A stretch of DNA of 64,000 bases from an uncultured Gemmatimonadales bacterium (GCA_963816355.1 CAWFKH010000003.1:1472001-1536000), one strand, 5' to 3'. Shown: positions 8,784 to 18,740, numbered from the stretch's first letter. Translations and numbers: made by a program. The notes: generated by a model from the letters alone, not told the origin.

Positions 8784-10738
8784 CCGATGCTCCCTTCCTG
8801 TTGCGTCGCCCGCGGCTTCCAGTGGGCGAACGGTCGATACTGCGTTCCGCCGGGGCTGTAGAACGTGCCGAAGAACTCGACGTAGTGGAGCCGCAGCGCG
8901 TGGATCGTCGGGCTGAAGAGGCCGAGGGCGAAGTTGACCAGGTGGAAGATCAGCGCGAACACGACGCCGACGGCGACGCCGCCCACCGCACCCACCATCC
9001 GGTTCGCGACCACCGCCATCATCACCGATGCCGTTCCGATCGCCATCACGCGCGCGTAGCTGAGGATGTGGCCGAGGGTCGAGAGCAGCTCGATCGGCGC
9101 GATCAGCCCTTCCGCGATCACGAGGATCGGGAAGACGACGAGGAGCAGCACGACCGCGGGCGTGAAGAAGCTGCGCGGCAGACGATCGACGGCGGCGAGC
9201 AGCGCCACGCCGATCAGGAGGATCATCACGATGGTGACGCCCGGCCCGATCGCACGCCGCCGCTCGCCGCGCAGCGCCGTCACGACGGCGAGGCCGAGGC
9301 CGAGCAGCACGTGCACGACGCCCAGCGAGACGGCCAGCACGAGAAACGGGACGAGCGCTTCGCCGCGGTCGAAGAGAATCGGACGCATGCCGAGCCAGCG
9401 CTGGCCCAGGTCGCCGAACAGCTCGCCGAACAGAATGCCGAAAACCACGGCGAAGAAGGCACCCGCTCCCGCGACCTCGGCGGCCGAGCGAAGCGGCGTG
9501 TCCGGCCGCGATCGCCGGTGCAGCAGCAGCGCGAGCGCCGCCAGCATCAGGCCGTAGCCCGCGTCGCCCAGGATGATCCCGAAGAACATCGGGAAGAAGA
9601 CCGCCATGAACGGCGTCGGATCGATCGTGCCGTAGCGCGGCAGCGGGAACATCCCGATCAGCAGCTCGAAAGGCCGCAGGAGACGAGGGTTGCGGAGCAC
9701 GACCGGCGCCTCCTCCCCCACCCACTCCTCGCGCGACATCCGCTCGACGACCACGGGCGCTCCGAGGCGCGCTCCGATCCGCTGGTCGAGCAGCGCGGCA
9801 TCCGCCGCGGGCAGCCAGCCCTCGACCACGAACGCGTGCGGCGTCAACCCCACGAGGGAGGCGGCCTCCAGCTCCGCGAGCCCGTCCCGCAGCGCCAGAC
9901 GCGCGGCGTCGAGGCTGCGGCCGTGCTCGCGGGCGAGAGCGTCGAGCGTATCGCGGCGCTCCCGCACCTGGCCCTCGATCCACTCCAGCCGCGCGCGGAG
10001 CGCCGCGCCGATGTCCTCCGGCGACCGCTCCGCGAGCCGACCAGGCAGCGGGATCTCCTGCACGCGCGCCTCGGTCAGCAGCCGGTCGACGTTCTCCGAC
10101 GCCGTGGCCGGGACCACGATCAGCAGCGCCAGCTCCCCCGTCGCGAGCCGCTCCGAGAACAGCTCGAACGCTTCGCCCAGCACCGCGCCCAGCGCGTCGC
10201 GGAGCTGCTCCACGGCCGCCCCCTCCGCCGGCCGCAGCACGACCGGGTACGCGACCGCGCTCGTCCACCGCGCGCGCGGCTCGAGGAGCGGCTCGAACGC
10301 GCGCAGGAAGTCCCGGTAGCGGACGAGCATCTCGCGCTCCTCCTCGAGCGAGAGAAGACTCGCGCGCGCCCGCTCTCCGCGCCGGACCACGTCGCGGGCG
10401 AGCCGCGCCCACCTCGCGTAGGCGGCGGCTCCGGCCTTCCCCGGCGCGGCGGCCGTGCCCGCGGTCGCGGCCGTCCCCGCGGTCGCGGCCGGTGCCGCGG
10501 CCGCGCGCTTCGCGCCCGCCGGAAGCGCGCTCAGCGCCCGTTCGACCCGCTCCAGCACGCGGCGCAGCTGGCGCACGCGCCGACCCGCGGCCGAGGGCGG
10601 CGCGGCCGGCACCAGGCCGCCGCGTCCGGTCGACGCGTCCACGAGGTGCACGCTTCCCAGGTCCTGGAGCACCTCCAGCACCTGCGAAAGCCTGTCGCGC
10701 GGCCCCATGATCCTCACCCTCGCCATCTTCAGGATCAT
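8759..10738 (-). CDS. atpI: V/A-type ATP synthase subunit I (a)
   Basis: IDPTPFMAVFFPMFFGIILGDAGYG, ILSYARVMAIG (essential Arg), IHALRLHYVEFF. Confidence 0.95.
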   Translation of the reverse strand: MILKMARVRIMGPRDRLSQVLEVLQDLGSVHLVDASTGRGGLVPAAPPSAAGRRVRQLRRVLERVERALSALPAGAKRAAAAPAATAGTAATAGTAAAPGKAGAAAYARWARLARDVVRRGERARASLLSLEEEREMLVRYRDFLRAFEPLLEPRARWTSAVAYPVVLRPAEGAAVEQLRDALGAVLGEAFELFSERLATGELALLIVVPATASENVDRLLTEARVQEIPLPGRLAERSPEDIGAALRARLEWIEGQVRERRDTLDALAREHGRSLDAARLALRDGLAELEAASLVGLTPHAFVVEGWLPAADAALLDQRIGARLGAPVVVERMSREEWVGEEAPVVLRNPRLLRPFELLIGMFPLPRYGTIDPTPFMAVFFPMFFGIILGDAGYGLMLAALALLLHRRSRPDTPLRSAAEVAGAGAFFAVVFGILFGELFGDLGQRWLGMRPILFDRGEALVPFLVLAVSLGVVHVLLGLGLAVVTALRGERRRAIGPGVTIVMILLIGVALLAAVDRLPRSFFTPAVVLLLVVFPILVIAEGLIAPIELLSTLGHILSYARVMAIGTASVMMAVVANRMVGAVGGVAVGVVFALIFHLVNFALGLFSPTIHALRLHYVEFFGTFYSPGGTQYRPFAHWKPRATQQEGSIGWTSSGSR

Positions 10739-11115
10739 GGCGCCGCCTCCGGCGCGATCTCTTCGATCAGGGCGAGCACGACGCCGGCCGCGAGCGCGGC
10801 GATGCGCGCCTCGTCCACCGCTTCATAGCGCGCCAGCCCGGCGCGGCGCTCCGCCTCGATCCGCTTCAGCTCCGCCCGCTGCTCCTCCGCGAGCCGCGCC
10901 TCCAGCGCCGCGATCTCCGCCGCCAGGCCCCTCGCCGCGTCGCGGTCGAGCCGCGCCGCCTCCTCGTGCGCCGCCCGCACCATCTCCGCCGCGCGCTCCC
11001 GAGCCCCAGCCGCCTCCCGCGCGAGCCCGGCCTCGACCTCGATGAGCCGCGCCAGGCTCCCCTGCGGAGCGCCACGCGCCTCGCCGGCACCGACGGTCTT
11101 CGCGGCCGATCCCAT
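10735..11115 (-). CDS. V/A-type ATP synthase peripheral stalk subunit G/H-like coiled-coil protein
   Basis: Ala/Glu/Arg helical protein at the head of the operon, ATGA overlap with subunit I; start uncertain (11115 or 11145). Confidence 0.65.
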   Translation of the reverse strand: MGSAAKTVGAGEARGAPQGSLARLIEVEAGLAREAAGARERAAEMVRAAHEEAARLDRDAARGLAAEIAALEARLAEEQRAELKRIEAERRAGLARYEAVDEARIAALAAGVVLALIEEIAPEAAP

Positions 11116-11170
11116 TCCGCACCCCTCGCGCGGGAAGGAGGGCACGGCACGGCCCGCGCCCCTCTCGGCG

Positions 11171-11238
11171 AAGTTAGGAGGATTCGCCCTGGCTGTTTAT
11201 CGGGAATACCCGGATTCCACGGTAGGGGCGCCGCCTAC
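11171..11238 (-). promoter_or_regulatory. Putative V-ATPase operon promoter: -10 TAACTT plus two 5-N7-5 boxes
   Basis: ATCGG-N7-CGGAT (11199-11215) and GTAGG-N7-CCTAC (11222-11238). Confidence 0.45.
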
Positions 11239-11293
11239 GCCCGGGGTCGCGCCCGGGGTCGAGAGGCCGGAGCCGCCGCGGCGGCCCCACCGC

Positions 11294-12388
11294 TCATTCC
11301 GCGGCGGCGTCCGGCGGGACGACCACGGCCGACCCCTCCAGCTCGCCCGCGCGAAGCGCGTTCAGCGCAGCGTTCGCCGACGACAGCGGGAAGGGGAGTA
11401 CGTGCGTGCGCACGGCCACCCGCGGCGCGAGCGCGAGGAACTCCTCGCCATCGCGCCGGGTCAGGTTCGCGACCGACCGCACGGTGCGCTCGCCCCACAG
11501 GATCTCGTACGGAAAGCTCGGGATGTCGCTCATGTGGATGCCGCCACAGACGACCACGCCTCCCTTCCCAACCGCCCGCAGCGCCGCCGGCACGAGCGCG
11601 CCCACGGGCGCGAAAACGATCGCCGCATCGAGCGTCTGCGGCGGCGCCTCGTCGGAGCCGCCCGCCCACTCCGCGCCCATCTCGCGCGCGAACGCTTGCC
11701 CCGCCGCATCGCCCGGCCTCGTGAAGGCGTAGACTCTCCGCCCCTGGTGCGTGGCGACCTGCGCGAGGATGTGCGCGGCGGCGCCGAAGCCGTAGAACCC
11801 GATCCGCTCCGCATCGCCGGCGAGGCGCAGCGAGCGGAAGCCGATCAGCCCGGCGCACAGCAGCGGCGCCGCCTGCAGCGCCTCGTAATCGCCGGGCATC
11901 GGGAAGCAGTAGCGCGCGTCCGCCACCGCGTACTGCGCGAAGCCGCCGTCGATGTCGTAGCCCGTGAAGCGCGCGGAGTCGCACAGGTTCTCGCGCCCGC
12001 TGCGGCAGTAGCGACACTTCCCACACGTCCAGCCGAGCCACGGCACGCCGACCCGGTCCCCGGCGCGAAACGCGCTCTGCGGCCGTGCGCCCGCGGCGTC
12101 CGCGCCCGGCCCCCAGGCCTGTTCGGCGCCCGCGTCCCCGTCCGCGCCCGCCGCGTCGCCGTGCGCGGCGCCCCCCACCTCCACCACCTCGCCGACGATC
12201 TGGTGGCCGAGCACCAGCGGCAGCTTGGGATCCTTCAACTCGCCATCCAGGATGTGCAGATCGGTACGGCAGACGCCGCAGGCGAGAACGCGAAGCAGCA
12301 CCTGTCCGGCTCCCGGCACGGGGACCGGGAGCTCCACCTGGCGCAGGGGCCGGCCTGGCGCCTCCAGCACCATCGCCATCATTCTCAT
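11294..12388 (-). CDS. Zinc-dependent alcohol dehydrogenase family protein
   Basis: CGVCRTDLH, GHQIVG, structural Zn CGKCRYC...NLC, AAPLLCAGLIG; has an Ala/Gly-rich insertion. Confidence 0.92.
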   Translation of the reverse strand: MRMMAMVLEAPGRPLRQVELPVPVPGAGQVLLRVLACGVCRTDLHILDGELKDPKLPLVLGHQIVGEVVEVGGAAHGDAAGADGDAGAEQAWGPGADAAGARPQSAFRAGDRVGVPWLGWTCGKCRYCRSGRENLCDSARFTGYDIDGGFAQYAVADARYCFPMPGDYEALQAAPLLCAGLIGFRSLRLAGDAERIGFYGFGAAAHILAQVATHQGRRVYAFTRPGDAAGQAFAREMGAEWAGGSDEAPPQTLDAAIVFAPVGALVPAALRAVGKGGVVVCGGIHMSDIPSFPYEILWGERTVRSVANLTRRDGEEFLALAPRVAVRTHVLPFPLSSANAALNALRAGELEGSAVVVPPDAAAE

Positions 12389-12465
12389 TCCGACATCATG
12401 CGCCCGCCGCGCCGCGGTGCGCCACCCCCGGCACCGCGCCGCGATCCGCTACGAGAGGTGAACCG

Positions 12466-15042
12466 TTGACCGTCGAGACACGCCCGCGAGCCGTGGGCCC
12501 CGCGCCCTCCCACCGCCACCCTCGCGCCACCCTCGCCCTCGTCGTCGCGGCGCTCGTCGCGGCGCTCGCGGTGCCCACCCGCCGCGCCGAGGCCCAGACG
12601 CCGAGAGACAGCGTCCTCGCCGGGCTGCACGCGCGCTCGCACGACTTCGACCTGCTCCACCAGCGCATCGAGGTCGGCGCCTTCGACTGGGACTCGACCC
12701 GCTTCGAGGGCCGCGTGACCACGCGCCTCGCCGCGCTGCGACCGGGGCTGGACTCGGTGGTCCTCGACGCAGGGCACCGGCTCGCCATCCGCCGCGTCCG
12801 CGACGCCGCGGGCACGCCGCTCCACACCGGCTCGCACGGCGACACGCTCGTGATCCACCTCGCACACCCGCTCGACTTCCGCGACTCCGTCGAGTTCACG
12901 ATCGAGTACGGCGGCCGCGTCGACAACGGTCGCGGCCTCGCCTTCATCCAGCCGGAAGGCCGCCCGCACCGCCCCCGTCAGATCTGGAGCCAGGGCGAGG
13001 GCACGAACAACCACCTGTGGTTCCCGACCTACGACGCGCCGAACGACAAGACGACGTGGGAGATGGTCGCCACGGTGCCCGCCGGCGACGTCGCCGTCTC
13101 CAACGGCCGCCTCCTCTCCGAGAAGACGAACGCCGACGGCACGCGCACCTTCGACTGGAGCCAGGAGGAGCCCTCCGCGACGTATCTCGTCTCGCTGATC
13201 GTGGCGCCGCTCGCGCGCATCCACGACGCGTGGAACGGCAAGCCCGTCGACTACTACGTCTACCACGCCGACAGCGCCCGGGCGTGGCCGCTCTTCCACG
13301 TCACGCCGGACATGATCGAGGCGTACTCCAGCCTCACCGGTGTGCCGTACCCGTGGCCGAAGTACGCGCAGACCACCGTCGCGGACTTTTTCGGCGGAAT
13401 GGAGAACGTGAGCGCGACGACGCTCGTCGACTGGCTGCCCGACGCGCCCGCCTACGCCGACCGCCCCTGGTACCGCTGGATCCTCATCCCGCACGAGCTC
13501 GCGCATCAGTGGTTCGGCGACTACGTCACCACCGAGGACTGGGCGAACATCTGGCTCAACGAAGGGTTCGCCGAGTTCATGCCCGGCCAGTACTGGCGCC
13601 TGCGCGCCGGCGACCACGCGGCCCAGGACTACTTTCTGGACGAGTACGACGACTTCATGGTGGCCGACGCGCGCCGCCGCATGCCGATCGCGACCGCCGG
13701 CTCCAACGTCATCTACCCGAAGGGCGCGCTCGTCCTCGAGATGCTCCGCAAACGCCTCGGCGACGACCGCTTCTGGGCCGGCGTCCACCGCTACCTCGTC
13801 GACCACGCCTTCTCGAACGCCACCACCGACGATCTGCGCCAGGCGTTCCTCGACGCGACCGGCGTCAACCTCGCCCCCTTCTTCGACCAGTGGGTCTACG
13901 CCGCCGGCTTCCCCGCCTTCCACGTCACCTCCGACTACGACGCCGCCGCGCACCGCCTCACCCTCCACGTGCGCCAGACCCAGTCCGCCGTCGCCGCCGC
14001 CGACTCCGACGCCGGCGCCACCGACGCCGGCGCGCGCGGGGGCAGGCCCGGCGACGTCGCGCCGCGCGCCGCGCCGGCCTATCCGACACCCGCCGCCTTC
14101 CACACGCCCGTCGACATCCGCGTCGCGACCGCGCAGCGGGACACGCTCGTCCACGCCACGATCGACGCCGAGGAGGAGACGATCGTCGTCGACGGCGTCG
14201 ACGACGAGCCCCGGATGATCGTCTTCGACGAGGGCGACCGCGTCCTCAAGACGCTTACGTTCGACCAGACGACGCCGATGCTCGCGAACCTGCTCGCGCG
14301 CGACGCCGACCTGTGGAACCGGCAGTGGGCGATCGACCAGCTCGCGCAACGCCCGCACGACGCCGACGCCGCGCGCTCCCTCGCCGACGCCGCCACCGGC
14401 GCCGACTATTTCCGCACTCGAGCCGCGGCCGCCCTCGCCCTCGCCCGCTTCCCCGCGCCGCTCGCGCTGCCGGCACTCGGCCGCGCCGCCCGCGACACGT
14501 CCGCGCAGGTGCGCGCCGCGGCCGTGACCGCGGCCGGAAGCGTGGCCGACACGGCCGCCGCGCGGCTGGCGCGCGCCGCGCTCTCCGACTCCAGCTACCA
14601 GGTCCGCGCCGCCGCCGTGGTCGCCGTGGCGCGCCTCGAGCGGTCCGCCGCCCACTCCGTGCTCGCACGGGCCCTCGCGTCCGACTCCTACCGCGACGTG
14701 GTGCGGGAAGCCGCGCTGCAGGCGATCGCGGGCCTCGACGACACCACGTTCGTCGCGCCGCTCGCCGCGATGATCGGTGAGGATCGCGCCGTCGCCGCCA
14801 CGCTCGCTACGCTCGCCGGCCACGGCAGCGCGCGGGCTCTCCGACTCCTCGTCGAACACCTCAACGACGAGCGCGCCTACGTCCGTCGCTGGGCCCTGAC
14901 CGCGCTCGCGACGCGGCTCGACCCGGCCGTCGCCACCGCCCGGCTCGAGGCGGCCGAACCCGGCCTGCGCTACGACGACACGCGGGAGAGCCTGCGCGCG
15001 CTGCTCGAACGGCTCGCCCACCGGCGGCCCGGGAGCGGTTGA
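12466..15042 (+). CDS. Exported M1-family aminopeptidase with C-terminal HEAT repeats
   Basis: GGMEN, HELAHQWFGD...WLNEGFA (HExxH-18-E), IYPKGA; signal peptide; TTG start behind GAGAGG. Confidence 0.92.
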   Translation: MTVETRPRAVGPAPSHRHPRATLALVVAALVAALAVPTRRAEAQTPRDSVLAGLHARSHDFDLLHQRIEVGAFDWDSTRFEGRVTTRLAALRPGLDSVVLDAGHRLAIRRVRDAAGTPLHTGSHGDTLVIHLAHPLDFRDSVEFTIEYGGRVDNGRGLAFIQPEGRPHRPRQIWSQGEGTNNHLWFPTYDAPNDKTTWEMVATVPAGDVAVSNGRLLSEKTNADGTRTFDWSQEEPSATYLVSLIVAPLARIHDAWNGKPVDYYVYHADSARAWPLFHVTPDMIEAYSSLTGVPYPWPKYAQTTVADFFGGMENVSATTLVDWLPDAPAYADRPWYRWILIPHELAHQWFGDYVTTEDWANIWLNEGFAEFMPGQYWRLRAGDHAAQDYFLDEYDDFMVADARRRMPIATAGSNVIYPKGALVLEMLRKRLGDDRFWAGVHRYLVDHAFSNATTDDLRQAFLDATGVNLAPFFDQWVYAAGFPAFHVTSDYDAAAHRLTLHVRQTQSAVAAADSDAGATDAGARGGRPGDVAPRAAPAYPTPAAFHTPVDIRVATAQRDTLVHATIDAEEETIVVDGVDDEPRMIVFDEGDRVLKTLTFDQTTPMLANLLARDADLWNRQWAIDQLAQRPHDADAARSLADAATGADYFRTRAAAALALARFPAPLALPALGRAARDTSAQVRAAAVTAAGSVADTAAARLARAALSDSSYQVRAAAVVAVARLERSAAHSVLARALASDSYRDVVREAALQAIAGLDDTTFVAPLAAMIGEDRAVAATLATLAGHGSARALRLLVEHLNDERAYVRRWALTALATRLDPAVATARLEAAEPGLRYDDTRESLRALLERLAHRRPGSG

Positions 15043-15202
15043 GCGCGCGAGCGTGAACGGCGTCGCTTCCGCCGCGACGGAATTCTAGGTACTCTGGTCC
15101 GTGGGAGCTGCACCGGCTCCGCACGATCTCCTCGATCGAACGCCGGATCCGTGGCCGGCGCGTCGACCGTCGGTCGCGCACGGAGCGAGGGAGGACACCG
15201 CC

Positions 15203-15793
15203 ATGCCGAATACCACAGCCGCCGATCTCTCGCGCGACGCCGCGAGCGCGCCGGCGCTCGACGCCGAAGCGGTGCGCGCGATCGTGCGTGAGGAGATCGA
15301 GCGCGCGCTGCGCAAGGACCCGGCGGCGCGCAAGGCCGCCATCATCGCGTCGAAGGGAACGCTCGACTGGGCCTACCCGCCCTTCATCCTCGCGACGGCG
15401 GCGGCCGCCTCCGGCATGGAGGTCTCGATGTTCTTCACCTTCTATGGGCTCAATCTCATCCGGAAGGACGCCGCGGAGAGGCTGCGGGTCTCCCCCGTCG
15501 GCAACCCCGGGATGCCGATGCCCCTCCCCCTGCCCGATCTGCTCACCGCGCTGCCCGGCATGCAGACGTTGGCGACCGGCATGATGAAGTCGATGTTCCG
15601 GCGGAAGAACGTCGCCACCATCGGCGAGTTGATCGACACCGCGCGCGAGCTCGACGTACGCCTCATCGCCTGCCGCATGACCATGGACGTCTTCGGCTAC
15701 GAAGAGGAGGACTTCATCGACGGCGTGGAGTTCGGGGGCGCCGTCGCCTTCCTCTCCGACGCGCGCAAGAGCCACGTCACCCTCTTCATCTGA
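15203..15793 (+). CDS. DsrE/DsrF/DsrH-like (DsrE2/YrkE-type) sulfur carrier
   Basis: SKGTLDWAYPPFILA, MFFTFYGL, IACRMTMDVFG (active Cys); SD GGAGG. Confidence 0.88.
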   Translation: MPNTTAADLSRDAASAPALDAEAVRAIVREEIERALRKDPAARKAAIIASKGTLDWAYPPFILATAAAASGMEVSMFFTFYGLNLIRKDAAERLRVSPVGNPGMPMPLPLPDLLTALPGMQTLATGMMKSMFRRKNVATIGELIDTARELDVRLIACRMTMDVFGYEEEDFIDGVEFGGAVAFLSDARKSHVTLFI

Positions 15794-15803
15794 CGGTACA
15801 GCC

Positions 15804-16049
15804 ATGAGCCAGCCACAGCCGGACAAGGTCCTCGACGCCCGAGGCCTGCTCTGCCCCATGCCGATCGTCAAAGCCTCGAAGGAGATGCGCGCCCTGGAGC
15901 CGGGACAGGTCCTCAAGGTCCTCGCCACCGACCGCGGCGCCATCGCCGACTTCCCCGCCTGGAGCGACGACACCGGCAACGAGCTCCTCGAATGGCACGA
16001 CGAGGACGGCGTCCTCGTCTTCTTCCTCAGGCGCGCCGCGGAGGGGTGA
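15804..16049 (+). CDS. tusA: TusA/SirA-family sulfurtransferase
   Basis: LDARGLLCPMP motif, ATDRGAIADFPAW; 81 aa. Confidence 0.9.
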   Translation: MSQPQPDKVLDARGLLCPMPIVKASKEMRALEPGQVLKVLATDRGAIADFPAWSDDTGNELLEWHDEDGVLVFFLRRAAEG

Positions 16050-16050
16050 C

Positions 16051-16857
16051 ATGGTCTTCAAACAGTTCCGCTACGAGCCCCTCGGCCAGGCCTCCTACCT
16101 CGTCGGCTGCAACCGCGCCAAGGAAGCCGTCGTCGTCGACCCCATCGAGAACCTCGGCGCCGAGTTCTACGTGCTCGAGGCCGCGGACCTCGGCGTCACC
16201 ATCGTCGGCGTGATCGAGACACACATCCACGCGGACTTCGTCTCCTGCGCCCGCGAGCTCGCCGAGATGGCCGGCGCGCCCCACTACCTCCACGAGGCCG
16301 CGCCGGCACGATACCCCTTCACGCCCCTCCGCGACGGACAGACGCTCCACATCGGAAAGATCGAGATCCAGGCGATCCACACACCCGGACACACCCCCGA
16401 GCACACCGCGTTCCTCGTCACCGACACCGCCCGCTCGAGCGACCCGTGGTTCCTCCTCAGCGGCGACTCCCTCTTCGTCGGCGACGTCGGACGCCCCGAC
16501 CTCCTCGTCGGCGATCAGGCCCTCGACGTCACCGACGAGGCTCAGCGCGCCCGCACCCAGTTCCGCTCCATCCGGAATCGCCTCTTCCAGCTCCCCGACC
16601 TGGTCGAGGTCTTCCCCAACCATTACGGCGTCTCCGCCTGCGGCGGCGTCAACATGAGCGGCAAGGTCAGCTCCACCATCGGCTTCGAAAAGCGCTTCAA
16701 CCTCGCAATGCAACGGCCCGACGCCGAAGCCTTCGCCCGCTTCGTGCACGAGACCGTGAAGCCGTTCCCCGCCGACTTCGCCGGCATCAAGAGCCGCAAC
16801 CTCGGCCTTCCCGCCGAGCCCGCCGCCCACTCCCACGCCCAGGAGGTGAGCCCGTGA
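16051..16857 (+). CDS. MBL-fold persulfide dioxygenase (CstB/Blh N-terminal-domain-like)
   Basis: ETHIHADFVS, HTPGHTPEH, GDSLFVGDVGRPD, PNHYGVSACG, STIGFEKRFN. Confidence 0.85.
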   Translation: MVFKQFRYEPLGQASYLVGCNRAKEAVVVDPIENLGAEFYVLEAADLGVTIVGVIETHIHADFVSCARELAEMAGAPHYLHEAAPARYPFTPLRDGQTLHIGKIEIQAIHTPGHTPEHTAFLVTDTARSSDPWFLLSGDSLFVGDVGRPDLLVGDQALDVTDEAQRARTQFRSIRNRLFQLPDLVEVFPNHYGVSACGGVNMSGKVSSTIGFEKRFNLAMQRPDAEAFARFVHETVKPFPADFAGIKSRNLGLPAEPAAHSHAQEVSP

Positions 16858-17471
16858 CGCCGCAGGACGTCCACACCGCCGCCGAGAAGGGCGCCATCGT
16901 GCTCGACATGCGGACTCCGCGCCCCTTCGCCGAGGAGCACATCCCCGGCGCCGTCAACCTCCAGTTCAACCGCGCCGACCTCGTCGACCGCGCCGAGATG
17001 ATCCTGCCCGCCGACGCCGATTACATCGTCCACGCCGAACCCGAGCCGATCGCGCGCATCGCCGCCAAGCTCCTCCAGGACGCCGGCTTCCGCGTGCGCG
17101 GGCACCTCGAGGGCGGCCTCGCCGCCTGGAGAAACGCCGGCCTCCCCACCGCCTCCCTGCCCGTCGTCGACGTCGACGACCTCAAGACCGGCCTCGAGCG
17201 CTTCCGCGTCCTCGACGTCCGCCTCGGCTTCGAGTTCCGCCACGCCCACGTCCCCGGCGCCGACAACATCGAGTGGACCGACACCTGGCGCCGCGCCGAC
17301 GAGGTCCCCGCCGGCCAGGCCATCGCCGTCGTCTGTGGAGACGAAGTCCGCAGCGCTGCCGCCGCCTCCATCCTCCAGCGCGCGGGCCGCAGCCCCACCC
17401 TCGTGCTCGGGGGCATGGTCGACTGGCTCGACCGCGGCTACCCCACCGAGAAGACGGCCCGCCCCGGCTGA
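16854..17471 (+). CDS. Tandem rhodanese-domain protein
   Basis: Two HIPGA/HVPGA motifs; domain 1 lacks the active Cys, domain 2 has VVCGDEVRS; GTGA overlap and SD AGGAGG. Confidence 0.85.
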   Translation: MTPQDVHTAAEKGAIVLDMRTPRPFAEEHIPGAVNLQFNRADLVDRAEMILPADADYIVHAEPEPIARIAAKLLQDAGFRVRGHLEGGLAAWRNAGLPTASLPVVDVDDLKTGLERFRVLDVRLGFEFRHAHVPGADNIEWTDTWRRADEVPAGQAIAVVCGDEVRSAAAASILQRAGRSPTLVLGGMVDWLDRGYPTEKTARPG

Positions 17472-17601
17472 GCACGTCCCGCGACGCGGCACGGCCAGCC
17501 GGGCGCGGCCCCGCAGCAACTCCGACCGCAGCGGCGCCCGGCGAGGGCGCCCCGCGACCGGCCCCGCGACCCCGCGACCGGCCGCGCGACCGCAGGGGCC
17601 C

Positions 17602-17631
17602 TTGCGATAAACGCCTACTCGATTATATAGT
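17602..17631 (+). promoter_or_regulatory. Putative sigma70 promoter of trxA
   Basis: TTGCGA-N18-TATAGT in an AT-rich patch upstream of the thioredoxin gene. Confidence 0.45.
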
Positions 17632-17752
17632 TGTTCGTGGCGGCGACGCCGGCCGCCGGCCCCATGCCGAGCGATCGGGGCCCGGGAAGGGCAGCAAGAG
17701 GCCGGCGGAGCGGGGGCGCGCCGGCACGACGACGACGAACGGCGAGGAGGCG

Positions 17753-18097
17753 ATGATGGCGAAGAACGTGGTGCGGGTGAACGACGAGAGTTTCGCCGCC
17801 GAAGTGGAAGCGAGCGACGGCCTCACGATCGTCGATTTCTGGGCGGAGTGGTGCGGGCCGTGCCGCATCATCGCGCCGGTGATCGAGGAGCTGGCGGAGA
17901 TGTACGCGGGGCGGGTGAAGTTCGTGAAGCTGAATGTGGACGAGAGCCCGCGGACGGCCTCGGAGTACGGCATCCGCAGCATTCCCACGCTCGGCTTCTT
18001 CCGTGACGGCACGCCGGAATTCGGCGTTGCCGGGGCGGTGCCGAAGCGGATGCTCGAGGAGAAGATCGAAGAGCTGCTCGGCGCGCGGGCGGCCTGA
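17753..18097 (+). CDS. trxA: Thioredoxin
   Basis: DFWAEWCGPC, YGIRSIPT; SD GAGGAGG. Confidence 0.95.
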   Translation: MMAKNVVRVNDESFAAEVEASDGLTIVDFWAEWCGPCRIIAPVIEELAEMYAGRVKFVKLNVDESPRTASEYGIRSIPTLGFFRDGTPEFGVAGAVPKRMLEEKIEELLGARAA

Positions 18098-18140
18098 GCC
18101 GCCCGCGCCACCGGCGCTCTTCACGCGTCGAACGCGCCGA

Positions 18141-18740
18141 TCAGGCGCCGGCGCCTTCCTGTTCGGAGCCCTCCTCCGACTCCTCCAGCACCGCCTGGAC
18201 GTCGATCGAGATCCGCACGTCGTTCCCCACCAGGAGACCGCCCGCCTCGAGGAGCTGGTTCCACTCGAGGCCGTAGCGGCGGCGATCGATGGTCGTCTTC
18301 GCGGTGAATCCGATGCGCTGTCCGCCCCACGGATCGCCCGTGCGACCTTCCTCGCGACCCTCCAGGGTCACCTCTTCGCTCACGCCGCGGATCGTCAGCT
18401 CCCCGACCAGCCGGAAGCGGCCGTTCTCCTCCATCTCGACCCGCTTGCTGCGGAAGACCAGCGTCGGATGCTTCTCGACGTCGAGAAAATCCGCGGAGCG
18501 CAGATGCGCGTCCCGCTGCTCCTCGCGCGTGTCGATGCTCGCGGCACCGATCTCCGCCTCGACCGTCGACCGCTCCGGATTCTCATCGTCGATGACGATC
18601 GTGCCGGACACCTCCGAAAAGCGCCCCTTCACGGTCGTGATCATCATGTGCTTCACGGCGAACTCGATGTCCGTGTGCGCCGGATCGATCTTCCATGTGC
18701 TCGTCGCCTGACGTGCCGCTGTCGTCTCGCTCATCTCCAC
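18141..18740 (-). CDS. yceI: YceI-family protein
   Basis: WKIDPAHTDIEFAVKHMMITTVKGRF, RDAHLRSADF, DPWGGQRIGF. Confidence 0.92.
   Translation of the reverse strand: MEMSETTAARQATSTWKIDPAHTDIEFAVKHMMITTVKGRFSEVSGTIVIDDENPERSTVEAEIGAASIDTREEQRDAHLRSADFLDVEKHPTLVFRSKRVEMEENGRFRLVGELTIRGVSEEVTLEGREEGRTGDPWGGQRIGFTAKTTIDRRRYGLEWNQLLEAGGLLVGNDVRISIDVQAVLEESEEGSEQEGAGA

Noticed and set aside
16851..16860. Frameshift splitting a fused dioxygenase-rhodanese gene
   Set aside because: Strong SD plus GTGA start/stop overlap indicates a designed two-gene arrangement.
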